64,000 nt of DNA, from the NCBI GenBank assembly GCA_965243135.1, contig OZ251539.1, positions 1,760,001-1,824,000 on the forward strand, in the 5' to 3' direction. This DNA comes from Alphaproteobacteria bacterium (GTDB lineage: Bacteria; Pseudomonadota; Alphaproteobacteria; MPNO01; UBA830). The notes beneath the pieces were generated by a model that was not told the origin of the DNA, ran no database searches, and was given only the letters and a program-made list of their open reading frames with translations. Numbering within the stretch: position 1 is the stretch's first letter; each line of letters begins with the position of its first letter. The translations under genes were made by a program, and so were the position numbers. This document shows, in pieces, positions 19,383 to 29,215 of this stretch.

Positions 19383-19740
19383 GCGACCTGGGACTGTATC
19401 GTGGTCGGCGGCGGCTCGGCCGGCGCTGGCCGCCGGCTCGGCGGCAAGCGCGTACTGCCGTTCGAAGCCGGCCGCGACGCGCCGCAAGGCCGGGAAGGCG
19501 CCGAAATCTTCGCGAGCGACGATGCATTGGAAACCTGGATTCGCGAAAATTGCCGCGGGTTTTTCCATCCCGTCAGCGCCTGCCGGATTGGCGCGGCGAA
19601 AGACCCGATGGCGGTCGTGGATCCCGCCTGCCGGGCTTGCGGCGTGCAGGGGCTGCGAGTCGTCGATGCATATGCCGACAATCGTCCGGGCCAACGCCGA
19701 CGGCTATAATGGTCGCAGAGAAAGTACCGGATGAAATGAC
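19383..19740 (+). pseudogene. GMC oxidoreductase relic (N- and C-termini fused)
   Basis: WDCIVVGGGSAG...KRVLPFEAG followed almost directly by FHPVSACRIG..DPMAVVDP...GVQGLRVVDA, then frameshifted MPTIVRAN and TAIMVAEK. Confidence 0.8.
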
Positions 19741-19761
19741 GAAATCGCAGGAGGCGGCATC

Positions 19762-20688
19762 ATGGCGTACGTCGCGTTCATCGGCCTCGGCAATATGGGC
19801 GGTCCCATGTCCGGCAATCTCGTCCGGGCCGGGTACGAGGTAACGGGCCACGATATCGTGCCGGAAAAGACCTCGCGCGCGGCGGAGCGCGGCGTTCGCC
19901 CCGCCGCCTCGAACTCCGAAGCCGCCGCAGGCGCCGATTTCGTGTTCACCATGCTACCCACCGGCAAGGAGGTGCGGGAAGTGCTCGTGGACAAGGATGC
20001 GGTTCTTGACGTCGTGACGTCCGAAACGATCGTGGTCGATTCCTCGACGACCGACCTCGCCACCACCGACTACATTCATTCGGCCGCTGCGGAACGCGGG
20101 ATCGCATTGATCGACTCACCCGTTTCGGGAGGCATGGCAGGCGCCGAGGCGGCGACGCTCACCTTCATGGCCGGCGGCGACGGCGACGCGGTGGACCGGG
20201 CCGAGCCAGCGTTTCTTGCGATGGGGCGCAAGGTCGTGCGGGCGGGCGGTCCGCGCTCCGGTCAGGCCGTTAAAGTCTGCAACAACATGTTGCTCGGAAT
20301 CTCGATGGTTGGAGTTTGCGAGGCGATCGCGCTCGGCGAAGCGGCCGGCGTGGACCATCAGGTTCTGTTCGACGTGATCTCGACCTCGACGGGCAATTGT
20401 TGGTCGATGAACGTGAACTGTCCGATTCCCGGCATGGTCGACACGGCGCCGGCCAACCGGGGCTATGCTCCGGGTTTCACGGCGACGCTGATGCTCAAGG
20501 ATCTGACCCTCGCCCAGGAAGCGGCGTCCCGCGTGGGAGCGGCAACGCCGCTCGGCGAACATGCGCGGGCTCTTTACCAGCGTTTCTGCGCGGAGCGTGG
20601 CGGCGAGGTCGATTTTTCCGCGATGGTCGAAATGGTGCGCGAAATGACGAGGGATCAAGGCTCTCCTGAGGCCCGCCTCGCCGAATAA
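19762..20688 (+). CDS. mmsB: 3-hydroxyisobutyrate dehydrogenase
   Basis: FIGLGNMGGPM, DSPVSGG, KVCNNMLL, CWS...CPIPG, LMLKDL. Confidence 0.9.
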   Translation: MAYVAFIGLGNMGGPMSGNLVRAGYEVTGHDIVPEKTSRAAERGVRPAASNSEAAAGADFVFTMLPTGKEVREVLVDKDAVLDVVTSETIVVDSSTTDLATTDYIHSAAAERGIALIDSPVSGGMAGAEAATLTFMAGGDGDAVDRAEPAFLAMGRKVVRAGGPRSGQAVKVCNNMLLGISMVGVCEAIALGEAAGVDHQVLFDVISTSTGNCWSMNVNCPIPGMVDTAPANRGYAPGFTATLMLKDLTLAQEAASRVGAATPLGEHARALYQRFCAERGGEVDFSAMVEMVREMTRDQGSPEARLAE

Positions 20689-20843
20689 GAAGGGGCTTTT
20701 GCTTCGCCCGGTGCGGGCGTCGCCATCGTCGGCGGCGGCATCAACTCGGAGCATTGGGAGGTCGAAAGTGCCGGCCGGGCCGAGCTGCTGCGAATCGGAC
20801 GGCAGCATGACGCGGAGGCGGACAGCATCGTCGCCGCGCAGCG

Positions 20844-21584
20844 CTACCGCCCCTTCGGGTCCGAGAGCGAACCGAACGGACCGTCGTCGGCAAAGGTCGA
20901 GATCGCTGATTGGCGCATCGCTGGGACCTGCCGCTTCACTCGCTCGTCAAGAACGCTCTCCTGCGTATCGAGTTCGCGGGCAAACCGAATGAGTAGTCGT
21001 CGGTAAAGGTCGAATTCCCTGTTCTGCCGCGCCCCGGCCAACTGCCGAATGGCAAGGTCATCGCGCCGTGGCGAGCCGCACTTGCGCATGAGGAGAAGCG
21101 CGGCATCCCCGCGTTCGGAGAGGCGGCTTTTGCGATGCGCCGCATCTTCCAACGCCTCGTCGAACGCCGTTCGCGCTTCCTCGGCCAATCTGGTCCTGAG
21201 CGTCGTATAGAGGGCTGGCGTCGCCACTCCTATCCAGCACACGGGATCATCGACTCGCGTAAAGGTTATCTCCGAATCAAGGAGTTCGACTTCGGCAATC
21301 GCGGCGGCCTGTACGAATTCTGCCCCCACAGCGACCAATCCTTGGCCGGAAGCAATCGGCCAGGCGCATGTCGGCGGCAGCAACGTCCCCAGCGCCGACG
21401 CCTCGTCCGGGTCGGCGACGACCAGCGCCTTGGTATCGTTCCGCCAATCGAGCCGGCGCGCGAGGTACAGCGCGGGGTCGCCCTCGAACGAGAGCAAGGG
21501 GCAGCAAAGATGCATCTGGTCGCCAATATCGGCGACGGATATGTGAAATCCCCGCAACATGGCGGACTTGCGCACGTCAACCAC
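20844..21584 (-). CDS. Hypothetical protein
   Basis: 246 aa ORF with GGAGG 6 nt before a GTG start; overlaps the stop of the upstream ORF; no recognisable motif. Confidence 0.6.
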   Translation of the reverse strand: MVDVRKSAMLRGFHISVADIGDQMHLCCPLLSFEGDPALYLARRLDWRNDTKALVVADPDEASALGTLLPPTCAWPIASGQGLVAVGAEFVQAAAIAEVELLDSEITFTRVDDPVCWIGVATPALYTTLRTRLAEEARTAFDEALEDAAHRKSRLSERGDAALLLMRKCGSPRRDDLAIRQLAGARQNREFDLYRRLLIRFARELDTQESVLDERVKRQVPAMRQSAISTFADDGPFGSLSDPKGR

Positions 21585-21909
21585 GGGCGGCCTCCCGCGC
21601 CGTTGATTCCCTTACCGATCGCGCCATCGACTTATTTTGCCTCGGCACGATGACGCGGTCGGAGATCCGCCGGTAGATTCGGAGGCTTTCGCTTTCCGCC
21701 GGCGGACTGCGCCGGAGCCAATCGACGTAATCGTCACGACTGACTTCGGTCGTATAGACTGCCCGTAGCGTCAGGCGGCCGGGAATCAGGGATGCAGACT
21801 TCCCGCGTCCAGGCTCGCGCCGCGTTCTGATGCCCTTTGACGATGGTGAATCCGGTCGCTGGAAACTGACTCCCGGACTTGGGGGCGCATCCCTCAAGGT
21901 AGTCTCCAT
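21577..21909 (-). CDS. Hypothetical protein
   Basis: About 110 aa ORF coupled to the next gene (GTGGTTGA overlap); start uncertain. Confidence 0.45.
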   Translation of the reverse strand: METTLRDAPPSPGVSFQRPDSPSSKGIRTRREPGRGKSASLIPGRLTLRAVYTTEVSRDDYVDWLRRSPPAESESLRIYRRISDRVIVPRQNKSMARSVRESTAREAARG

Positions 21910-22077
21910 AGTGGGCGCGGACGTACTGTGCATCCTGCCAATTCCGCAACGGAACATCCAGCGTCTGGAAGGCCGTTTGCCGTGCTGTCAAGCGGTGGAG
22001 CAGTACGGATCTTGTCCGTTTCGGAGCGAAGCGCAACCGGTTGCGCGGTCCCGAAAAATCTTTCCCGAAAACGCCGG

Positions 22078-23511
22078 TTACGAAAACAGAACCTGGATGT
22101 CGGTGTATTCCGTAAGTCCTTCTTCGCCGAACTCGACGCCGATTCCAGAGGACTTGACCCCGCCGAACGGCGCGTTCGGCTGGATCATGCCGTGCTTGTT
22201 GATCCAGACCGAACCGCACTCCATCCGGCGGGCGACCTTCGTTGCCAGCGCAATGTCGCGACTCCAGACCGAGCCGCCGAGCCCGCTGGGATTGTCGTTG
22301 GCCATCTCGATCGCTTCCTCGGCATCGGAGAATCTGACGACGGGCAGCACCGGCCCGAACTGCTCCTCGTCGACCAGCCGATCGCCGTTCTCGAGATCGG
22401 TTATGATCGTAACCGGAAAAAAGTACCCTCCGGACTTTCTCAACTTTTTCTTCAGGCTCTTTCTCGGCCTGCCGCCCAGCAGAACCGTCCCTTTCCGTTT
22501 CCCGTCCCGGGCCAGTTCCGCGACTTTCGCGTACTGCCGCGAATTCTGCACCGGACCGAGAACGCTGTCCGGATCGGTTCCTGTCCCCATCGGCATCTTC
22601 CTCGCGAATTTCACCAACTCGCGGCATACGGCATCGTGCACGTCGTCGTGAACGTAGAGCCGCTTCAGCGCCGCGCAGGTCTGGCCGGCATTGATGAACG
22701 CGCCCCAGAACAATCCTTCCGCGATCGCCTTGGGATCGACGTCCGGCAAAACGATGCCGGCGTCGTTGCCGCCGAGTTCGAGCGTCAAGCGTTTCATCGT
22801 CCCGGCGGCCGTCTCCATCACCTTCCGTCCGGTCTCGCAGGATCCGGTGAACACGATCTTGCCGATGCCGCGATGCGAGGACATGGCGGCGCCGATCCTG
22901 TCCTTGCCGGCGACGCAATTCACGACCCCTTTCGGCAGAACCCGGTTCATCAGTTCGATCAGGCGCAAGGTCGCCAAGGGCGTAAAGGGAGACGGTTTGC
23001 AGACGACGGTGTTCCCCGTGACGAGCGCCGGAACGATGTGCCAGATCGCGATCAGAACGGGAAAATTCCAGGGCGTGATCGAACCGACGACGCCGATCGG
23101 CTTTCTGCGAAGTTCGACGCGACCCTCGTCGTCGTCCTGCAACGTCCTCGGCGGCAGCGACAGGCTGGCGGTGTATCTCGTCCATGCGACCGCGCCGCCG
23201 ATTTCCCAGCGCGAACCCAACCCGTTCAGAGGCTTGCCCTGTTCGAGCGTGAGCAAATGCGCCAGTTCCTCCGCGCGCTCCTCGATCTTGTCGGCGACGG
23301 CGAGGCAAGCCTGTCGGCGCTTCTTTTCCGTCGTATTTTTCCAGGTTCGAAACGCCCGGGCGGCCGCGTCGACCGCCCGGTCCAGGTCGCCCGGCCCGGC
23401 GAGCGGCGCGAGGCCGGCGACCTTTCCGTTCGCAGGGTTGACGACCTCGAACAGCTTTTTCGTCGGAATTTTCTTGCCGTCAATCACCAGTCTTTGCGGG
23501 TCCATCTTCAT
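22078..23511 (-). CDS. Aldehyde dehydrogenase
   Basis: ITPWNFP, FTGS, LELGGND (Glu), AGQTC (Cys), EEQFGP, PFGGVKSSG. Confidence 0.93.
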   Translation of the reverse strand: MKMDPQRLVIDGKKIPTKKLFEVVNPANGKVAGLAPLAGPGDLDRAVDAAARAFRTWKNTTEKKRRQACLAVADKIEERAEELAHLLTLEQGKPLNGLGSRWEIGGAVAWTRYTASLSLPPRTLQDDDEGRVELRRKPIGVVGSITPWNFPVLIAIWHIVPALVTGNTVVCKPSPFTPLATLRLIELMNRVLPKGVVNCVAGKDRIGAAMSSHRGIGKIVFTGSCETGRKVMETAAGTMKRLTLELGGNDAGIVLPDVDPKAIAEGLFWGAFINAGQTCAALKRLYVHDDVHDAVCRELVKFARKMPMGTGTDPDSVLGPVQNSRQYAKVAELARDGKRKGTVLLGGRPRKSLKKKLRKSGGYFFPVTIITDLENGDRLVDEEQFGPVLPVVRFSDAEEAIEMANDNPSGLGGSVWSRDIALATKVARRMECGSVWINKHGMIQPNAPFGGVKSSGIGVEFGEEGLTEYTDIQVLFS

Positions 23512-24837
23512 CTACTCCCGTTTCGCCGGCGACTCGCCGGCATGCCAGTCGCGGAAATGATTCCGGTGGGTGTCCAGATAGGCCCCGGGCTTCATGTGAG
23601 CGTCGTAGAAGTCGAGGTCCAGATGATGGGCCTGAATCAGCACGCTCATCTGAATCGGATCGACCGTCGCCGGAAACTTGCCGAAGGTGTCGTGGACGTA
23701 GCGGCAGATGTCCTTGACGCAAGCCAGCCCCTCGGGCGACGCCTGAACGGTCGCCGCGTCGAAACTCCGGTTGTCGGCCGTGTGCGGCTTGAGCATGCCG
23801 CGAGCTTCCCATTCGTCCATGCTCAGCGTGGCTCCCTCGACCGCGGCGTCCACCGCTTCGTCCATGTCGCCGTGGAACGGCGGGCAGTATCCCTCGAAGA
23901 CGCCCGGGCGGCCGACCGGCACTGGAAAAGGTTCCGATTCCGACATCAGGAACCGAAACCCGAGTCCCTTCGCCGCCGGCGTTCCGCCGAGCAGGACGAG
24001 CGACGAGAAGCCGCCGTAAACCCAGCCGCCGAGACCCATCGCCTGCATCGCCAGCATCATCAGCTGACCCATGAAGGCGGCCTCGGCCAGCATGCCGTCG
24101 CTGATGATTTTCTCCAGCCGCGAGAGGGGCAAGACCTTCTTTCTGGAAAGAAAACCGCTGTCGACCCACTTGCCGTTGCCGCAGGGGCGCATCCCGTTGC
24201 GGTCGTCGACGAGGTAATACCCGCCCCCGTCGCCGGAATACCGTCCGGCCTTCGCGTCGCTGAAATTGAGTATGAGCTTGATCAGGTCCTTGGTCACGTC
24301 GATGACCGGCATGAAGAGCGTCGTGCCGGGCTTGTTGCAGACCCATTGGTTGTGCGGCCATACGCCCGGTTCGCGCGCGGGCAGGTCCATGCGCCCGTCG
24401 TCGAGTTTCTCGACGAAGTTTTCGTAGAAGCCCAGAAACTTCGAGCGATCGTCCCTGCCCTCGTATTCGCGCATCTTCGTCATCTTCGCCTTGTCGGCGT
24501 TGACCACGTAGACCCCTCGATCGTCGGTGAAGAACAATCGGGCGCGGTGGGATCCCATGGCGGAGGGATAAGGCTTGCCGATCGTCTTGACCATGCCCCC
24601 GGGATACTCGGTCTCGGCGAGAATCGGTCCCGTGGTGGCGGTCGCCGCCGCGACCAGCATCGCGGTCTCGAGGTCGTCGAGAGGAACCGGGCGCTTGTCC
24701 GAGCGGTACCGGAACGGTCCGCCTTCCATTTCCATGCCGAGGCCGAACCGCCTCGAACGCCGGCCCATGATCGCGTCGAACAGGGGATAGTTCCACGCCG
24801 CCTCGACCTGCGGCGGCAGCCCTTTCGGTCCGCTCAT
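23512..24837 (-). CDS. Uncharacterised nitroreductase/SagB-fold-like flavoprotein
   Basis: AIMGRRSRRF (FMN-phosphate Arg motif), YPSA, E..F.GQ.MML..QAMGLG. Confidence 0.6.
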   Translation of the reverse strand: MSGPKGLPPQVEAAWNYPLFDAIMGRRSRRFGLGMEMEGGPFRYRSDKRPVPLDDLETAMLVAAATATTGPILAETEYPGGMVKTIGKPYPSAMGSHRARLFFTDDRGVYVVNADKAKMTKMREYEGRDDRSKFLGFYENFVEKLDDGRMDLPAREPGVWPHNQWVCNKPGTTLFMPVIDVTKDLIKLILNFSDAKAGRYSGDGGGYYLVDDRNGMRPCGNGKWVDSGFLSRKKVLPLSRLEKIISDGMLAEAAFMGQLMMLAMQAMGLGGWVYGGFSSLVLLGGTPAAKGLGFRFLMSESEPFPVPVGRPGVFEGYCPPFHGDMDEAVDAAVEGATLSMDEWEARGMLKPHTADNRSFDAATVQASPEGLACVKDICRYVHDTFGKFPATVDPIQMSVLIQAHHLDLDFYDAHMKPGAYLDTHRNHFRDWHAGESPAKRE

Positions 24838-25067
24838 CGCCCTGCCCCGCCGCGACCGGCGACCGCACGAAACGGAAGCGCCGCCAGAAAGCCCCAGAAG
24901 GCCGGCGAACCGATGGCAAGCCGCAAAATCCTGGCGACGTCTTTCCGATCCATTCTGGTTTCCGCTTCCCAGACGCCCATTTTTCCGGTCAACACCAACT
25001 CGCCGCCGGAAACGCGAAGCGCCTCGACGTCGAACGCGAACTCTCCCGCCGCGGATTCGATCCTCAT
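24834..25067 (-). CDS. Small hypothetical protein with hydrophobic C-terminus (77 aa)
   Basis: MRIESAAGEF...LTGKMGVWE...; GGAG/AGGG SD; ATGA overlap with the next gene. Confidence 0.7.
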   Translation of the reverse strand: MRIESAAGEFAFDVEALRVSGGELVLTGKMGVWEAETRMDRKDVARILRLAIGSPAFWGFLAALPFRAVAGRGGAGR

Positions 25068-25081
25068 TCCCTTTTCTCTCC

Positions 25082-25507
25082 TTAGCGAACGCCCTTCCAG
25101 TAGGCGTCCTTGCGAGCGATCAAGCCGCCCCGGATCCGGTAGACGTCGAGGCCGCGAGCCTTGCGTCGGATCCCGTCGGAACCGGCGTACTTCACGCGAT
25201 AGGTCTGGATGACGGTGAGGCCGTGGAACTTGAATCGCGATTTCGAGAATTCGGGACCCGCCGGCAGTCGGAAGCGCCGTTCCATTTCGGCCAGGGCCGC
25301 CTCCTTGCCGAGAAAGCGTTCGCCGGTCGGCGGACGCCACTCGAACGCAGGCGAAAGGCACTTCGACACGGCGTCGAGGTCCTGCCGCTGGAACGCCATC
25401 TCGAATTCGTGGAACAGGATCTTCGCGGCCAGTTCCTCGGATACGGGGCCCGGATCGCGGAGGATTTCCTCTTCGATTTGCCTCGACCTGTTTCTGACGA
25501 TCCTCAT
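25082..25507 (-). CDS. SnoaL/NTF2-like protein
   Basis: AFQRQDLDAV, GKEA, RGLDVYRIRGGLIARKDAYWK. Confidence 0.8.
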   Translation of the reverse strand: MRIVRNRSRQIEEEILRDPGPVSEELAAKILFHEFEMAFQRQDLDAVSKCLSPAFEWRPPTGERFLGKEAALAEMERRFRLPAGPEFSKSRFKFHGLTVIQTYRVKYAGSDGIRRKARGLDVYRIRGGLIARKDAYWKGVR

Positions 25508-25512
25508 CGCGG

Positions 25513-26811
25513 TCACCGGGCGAGTTCCGGCAGGAAGGTCGCGATTCCGGGAAAGGCGACGATCAGGCCGATCAGGACCAGCAGCGCCGCGCAAAACGGC
25601 ATGACCCCGATGAAAACCTCGCCGAGCGGCAAATCGTCGACCAGCCCGCGGATCACGAACACGTTTATCCCCATCGGCGGGGTTATGAGGGCGAGTTCGA
25701 CCACCATCACGACCAGCACGCCGAACCAGACCGCGTCGAAGCCCAGCGCCGCGACGATGGGGAAGAAGACGGGTATCGAAAGGATGATCATCGCCATCGT
25801 GTCGAGGAAGGCTCCCAACAGGATGTAGACGCCGATGATGAGAACGATGGTCGTCGTCGGCGACAGTTCGAGTCCGGCGATCCACCCGCCGAGAAGAGAC
25901 GGGGTGCCGCTCAGGGAGAGGAAGCCCGAGAACAGGATCGCGCCGATCAGTATCAGAAAGATCATCGCCGTCGTTTGAACGGTATCGATCAGGCATTCGG
26001 CGATCTGGCGAAGTCCGAGCCGCCGCATGGCCAGCCCGATCGCCAGGGCTCCGACCGCGCCGATGCCGGCCGCTTCCGTCGGCGTGAATATTCCGGCGTA
26101 GATGCCGCCGATGACCACGCCGAACAGCGCCAGGATCGACCAGACCTTTCCGAGTCCGGCGGCGCGCCGCTCGGCCGCCGCGACCGGCGCCGGCGCGGCC
26201 GACGGGCTGACGCGAACGATCGCGGCGACGGTGACCATGAACAGGAGGGTGAGCAGCGCGCCGGGAACGATTCCGGCGAGGAAGAGATCTCCGATGCTGG
26301 TTTCCGTGAGAATGCCGTAGATCAGCATGATTACGCTGGGCGGAATCAGGATGCCCACCGTTCCGCCGGCGGCGATGGAGCCCGTGGCCAGCCTGGCGCC
26401 GTACCCGAAACGCCTCATCTGCGGCAGAGCCACCTGCCCCATCGTCGCCGCCGTCGCCAGCGACGATCCGCAGACCGCGCCGAAGGCCGCGCAAGCGGCG
26501 ATGCTGGCGTGCGCGAGACCGCCGCGGGCGCGCGCCAGCCAGCCATGGAAAGCTTCGAAGAGGTCGCCGCTGATTCCGGAAGCGGAAGCGAACGTTCCCA
26601 TCAATACGAACAGGGGAATGACGCTGAGTTCGAAGTTCTGGGCGGATTCGTAAACCGAAAGCCCGGCGAGAGAAAGCGCCGCCTCCGGCCCGACGATCAT
26701 CGACGTGCCCAACACCGCCGCGCCGGACATCGCGAGGCCGAGATGCGCGCCCATCACGAGCGCGGCGAACATCAGAAAGAAGATCAGGGGCACGAGAAAG
26801 TCGATGGACAT
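25513..26811 (-). CDS. dctM: TRAP transporter large permease
   Basis: GSSLATAA, GGTVGILIPPS, FTPTEA, TPPMGINVFV. Confidence 0.92.
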   Translation of the reverse strand: MSIDFLVPLIFFLMFAALVMGAHLGLAMSGAAVLGTSMIVGPEAALSLAGLSVYESAQNFELSVIPLFVLMGTFASASGISGDLFEAFHGWLARARGGLAHASIAACAAFGAVCGSSLATAATMGQVALPQMRRFGYGARLATGSIAAGGTVGILIPPSVIMLIYGILTETSIGDLFLAGIVPGALLTLLFMVTVAAIVRVSPSAAPAPVAAAERRAAGLGKVWSILALFGVVIGGIYAGIFTPTEAAGIGAVGALAIGLAMRRLGLRQIAECLIDTVQTTAMIFLILIGAILFSGFLSLSGTPSLLGGWIAGLELSPTTTIVLIIGVYILLGAFLDTMAMIILSIPVFFPIVAALGFDAVWFGVLVVMVVELALITPPMGINVFVIRGLVDDLPLGEVFIGVMPFCAALLVLIGLIVAFPGIATFLPELAR

Positions 26812-26817
26812 CCGCGT

Positions 26818-27321
26818 TCACTTCCCGGCGTCGCCGGCGAACAGGTTGCGGAATTCCCGCGCGAGCCGGAAGGCCAGCACGACGACGAACAGCAGGATGC
26901 CGACGGACATGACGACGGACGTCGGCCAGAACGGCAGTTCCCAGATCTGCGTGGTTTCGCCGGACTCGACGACCGAAACCGTCTTGACGACCAGCCGCCA
27001 GGCGAGCAGCCCCGCGACGCCGGCGGCCAGGACCGCGTTGATCGCGGCGGCGACCAGCCTCGCCTTTTCCGGGAACGTCAACTGGAAGGTGTCGACGACG
27101 ACGTGCCGTCGATTCGCTTCGGTCAAGGCGAGGCCGCAGAACACCAGGACCCCCATCAACAGCATGACGCTCTCGACCGTTCCGACGAGAGCGCCCCCGA
27201 GCAGGTTGCGGCCGATCACGTCGAGAAAGGTCAACGTCATGATCGCGACCAGCGCCGCGGCGCCGAACCAGGCGAGCAGCGACGCCGCTCGCCTAGCCGC
27301 GTCTTCCGGGGAGCGGCGCAT
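26818..27321 (-). CDS. dctQ: TRAP transporter small permease
   Basis: DVIGR, HVVVD, 4 TM segments. Confidence 0.88.
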   Translation of the reverse strand: MRRSPEDAARRAASLLAWFGAAALVAIMTLTFLDVIGRNLLGGALVGTVESVMLLMGVLVFCGLALTEANRRHVVVDTFQLTFPEKARLVAAAINAVLAAGVAGLLAWRLVVKTVSVVESGETTQIWELPFWPTSVVMSVGILLFVVVLAFRLAREFRNLFAGDAGK

Positions 27322-27333
27322 GCCGGCGCCCGG

Positions 27334-28347
27334 CTATTTCCGAAGTTCGGCGACGATCGCCTGGAGATCCGCCATCAGCGCCTTGCCGTCCAGCCCGGCC
27401 GCGTCGGCGTCGGCGATCCACTTGTCGGCCAGCGGCCGGGTCAACGCCTTCATCCGCGCCGCCTCGGCGTCGCTCAGAACCGTGACGACGTTGCCCTTGG
27501 CCTTCACCGCGTCGATTCCGGCTTGTTCCGCCTCGTCCCATTTGCGGGAGATGAAGCGCGATCCCCATTCGCCGCTGACCTTCATGACGGCCGCCCTTTG
27601 CGTCTCGCTCAGCTGCGACCAAGTCCGCGGGCTCATGGTCAGGAAGAATATGCCGGTGTAGGTGCCGTCGGGAACGTCGAGATGGTGGGTGGTCACCTCG
27701 GCGAGGCGGAAGCCTTTCACCGATTCCCAGGGGAACTGGGTGACGTCGATCGTCCGCCGCGCGAGCGCCTCGTGCGTCTGTCCCGGGCGAAGGAACACCG
27801 GGACCGCGCCGAGAGCTTCGGCTATCTTCACCCCGTTGCCGCCGGCCCGGACCTTGCGTCCCTTGAAGTCGTCCAGCTTCACGAGCGGAACGGCGCTGTG
27901 ATAAATGTGCGGCGCATGAGCGAACAGCGCCAGCAGTCGGGTGTCCGCGGTGTCCTTGGCGATGAAGCCGTGTTTTTCGTACCAGCGCCACGCCGCCACG
28001 CCGCCGATTTCGGCCGTGGGCACGGCGAACGGCACTTCGACGGCGAACATCTTCCAGAAACGCTTGGGATAATAGGCCGCGACGCTCCACGCGACGTCCA
28101 CCACGCCGTTCTTCGCGAGCTCGTATTGCCCGTTGGGCTTGGCGAGCGGGGTCTTCATGACCTCCGCTTTCAGTTCGCCGCCCGAAGCCTTCTCGAGTTC
28201 GTCCGCCCAGGCCCGAAGGGTCGCGGTCATGTGATGCACCGGAGGCAGCCAGTTCGCGACCCGGATGTTGCGGGTTTCGGCCGTCGCTTCGACTCCGGCC
28301 GCAGACAACGCGGCCAGCAGAATTCCTTTCGCCAAGAAGCGGTTCAT
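27334..28347 (-). CDS. dctP: TRAP substrate-binding protein
   Basis: Signal peptide, WLPPVH, DFKGRKVRAGG. Confidence 0.9.
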   Translation of the reverse strand: MNRFLAKGILLAALSAAGVEATAETRNIRVANWLPPVHHMTATLRAWADELEKASGGELKAEVMKTPLAKPNGQYELAKNGVVDVAWSVAAYYPKRFWKMFAVEVPFAVPTAEIGGVAAWRWYEKHGFIAKDTADTRLLALFAHAPHIYHSAVPLVKLDDFKGRKVRAGGNGVKIAEALGAVPVFLRPGQTHEALARRTIDVTQFPWESVKGFRLAEVTTHHLDVPDGTYTGIFFLTMSPRTWSQLSETQRAAVMKVSGEWGSRFISRKWDEAEQAGIDAVKAKGNVVTVLSDAEAARMKALTRPLADKWIADADAAGLDGKALMADLQAIVAELRK

Positions 28348-28553
28348 CGTGAAGTTCCTCCCCCTTGAGACGCCTGCGGCGCCGGACCGCCGCCCCGGCG
28401 AACGTTCTTTCGGTTGAAACGACCGCCCGACCGGCTCGCGCGCATGGTATGCCGCGCGAAAACCGGGATCAAGAAAAAAATGAACCCGAATTCGTATTTG
28501 GTTCGCGGCCCTCGCCGTTCTATGATCGACGCGAACGTCGGAAAGCGAAACCC

Positions 28554-29207
28554 ATGAACCTCGACGCGCCCGATGAACGGATTCCGGGCGTTTTCGAGGC
28601 CCGGCAGAAACGCAGCGTGCGGATCCGCGACGCCTACGTGGACGCGGGCGTCGAGATGCTGAACGAGATGCGGTTCGACGATCTGCGCATCTCCGACCTC
28701 GCCCGCGATTGCGGCCGCTCCGTGGGCAGCTTTTACTCGCGGTTCCGCAACAAGGACGCCTATTTCCGCGCGCTCCGCGCGGCGACGATTTCCGCGTGCA
28801 ACGACCAGATCGAACGGCGCGCGGCGCCGCCCGTGCTGTCGGCCATGGAGCCCGGCCAGGCGCTCGACGAGCTCGTCGACCTGATGGCGGACATCTTTTC
28901 CGGCAGATTTCGGGGCGTGCTCCGGGAATCCCTTCTCCGGATTCTCGAACCCGAAGATCCCTGGGCGCCGATGCGCGATTCGGCGCGCCGCGTGATCGGA
29001 TGCCTGCACGAAGCGCTCGACCGGCGGTTTCCGCAGTATTCGCCGGCGGAAGCGAGGCTCAGGTTAAGCTTCTGCTTCCAGATCGTCGTCGGCGTCCTGC
29101 AGAACGACCTCGTCAACGACTATCACGCGTTCTCCACGAAGGATCGCTCGATCCGGCGGGCGCTGAAGGAGGCCGTCAGGCGCTACATGTCCCTCGAGGC
29201 GTCCTGA
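28554..29207 (+). CDS. TetR family regulator
   Basis: RQKRS, ISDLARDCGRSVGSFYSRFRNKD helix-turn-helix; divergent from the TRAP operon. Confidence 0.88.
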   Translation: MNLDAPDERIPGVFEARQKRSVRIRDAYVDAGVEMLNEMRFDDLRISDLARDCGRSVGSFYSRFRNKDAYFRALRAATISACNDQIERRAAPPVLSAMEPGQALDELVDLMADIFSGRFRGVLRESLLRILEPEDPWAPMRDSARRVIGCLHEALDRRFPQYSPAEARLRLSFCFQIVVGVLQNDLVNDYHAFSTKDRSIRRALKEAVRRYMSLEAS

Positions 29208-29215
29208 AGGCGGCG

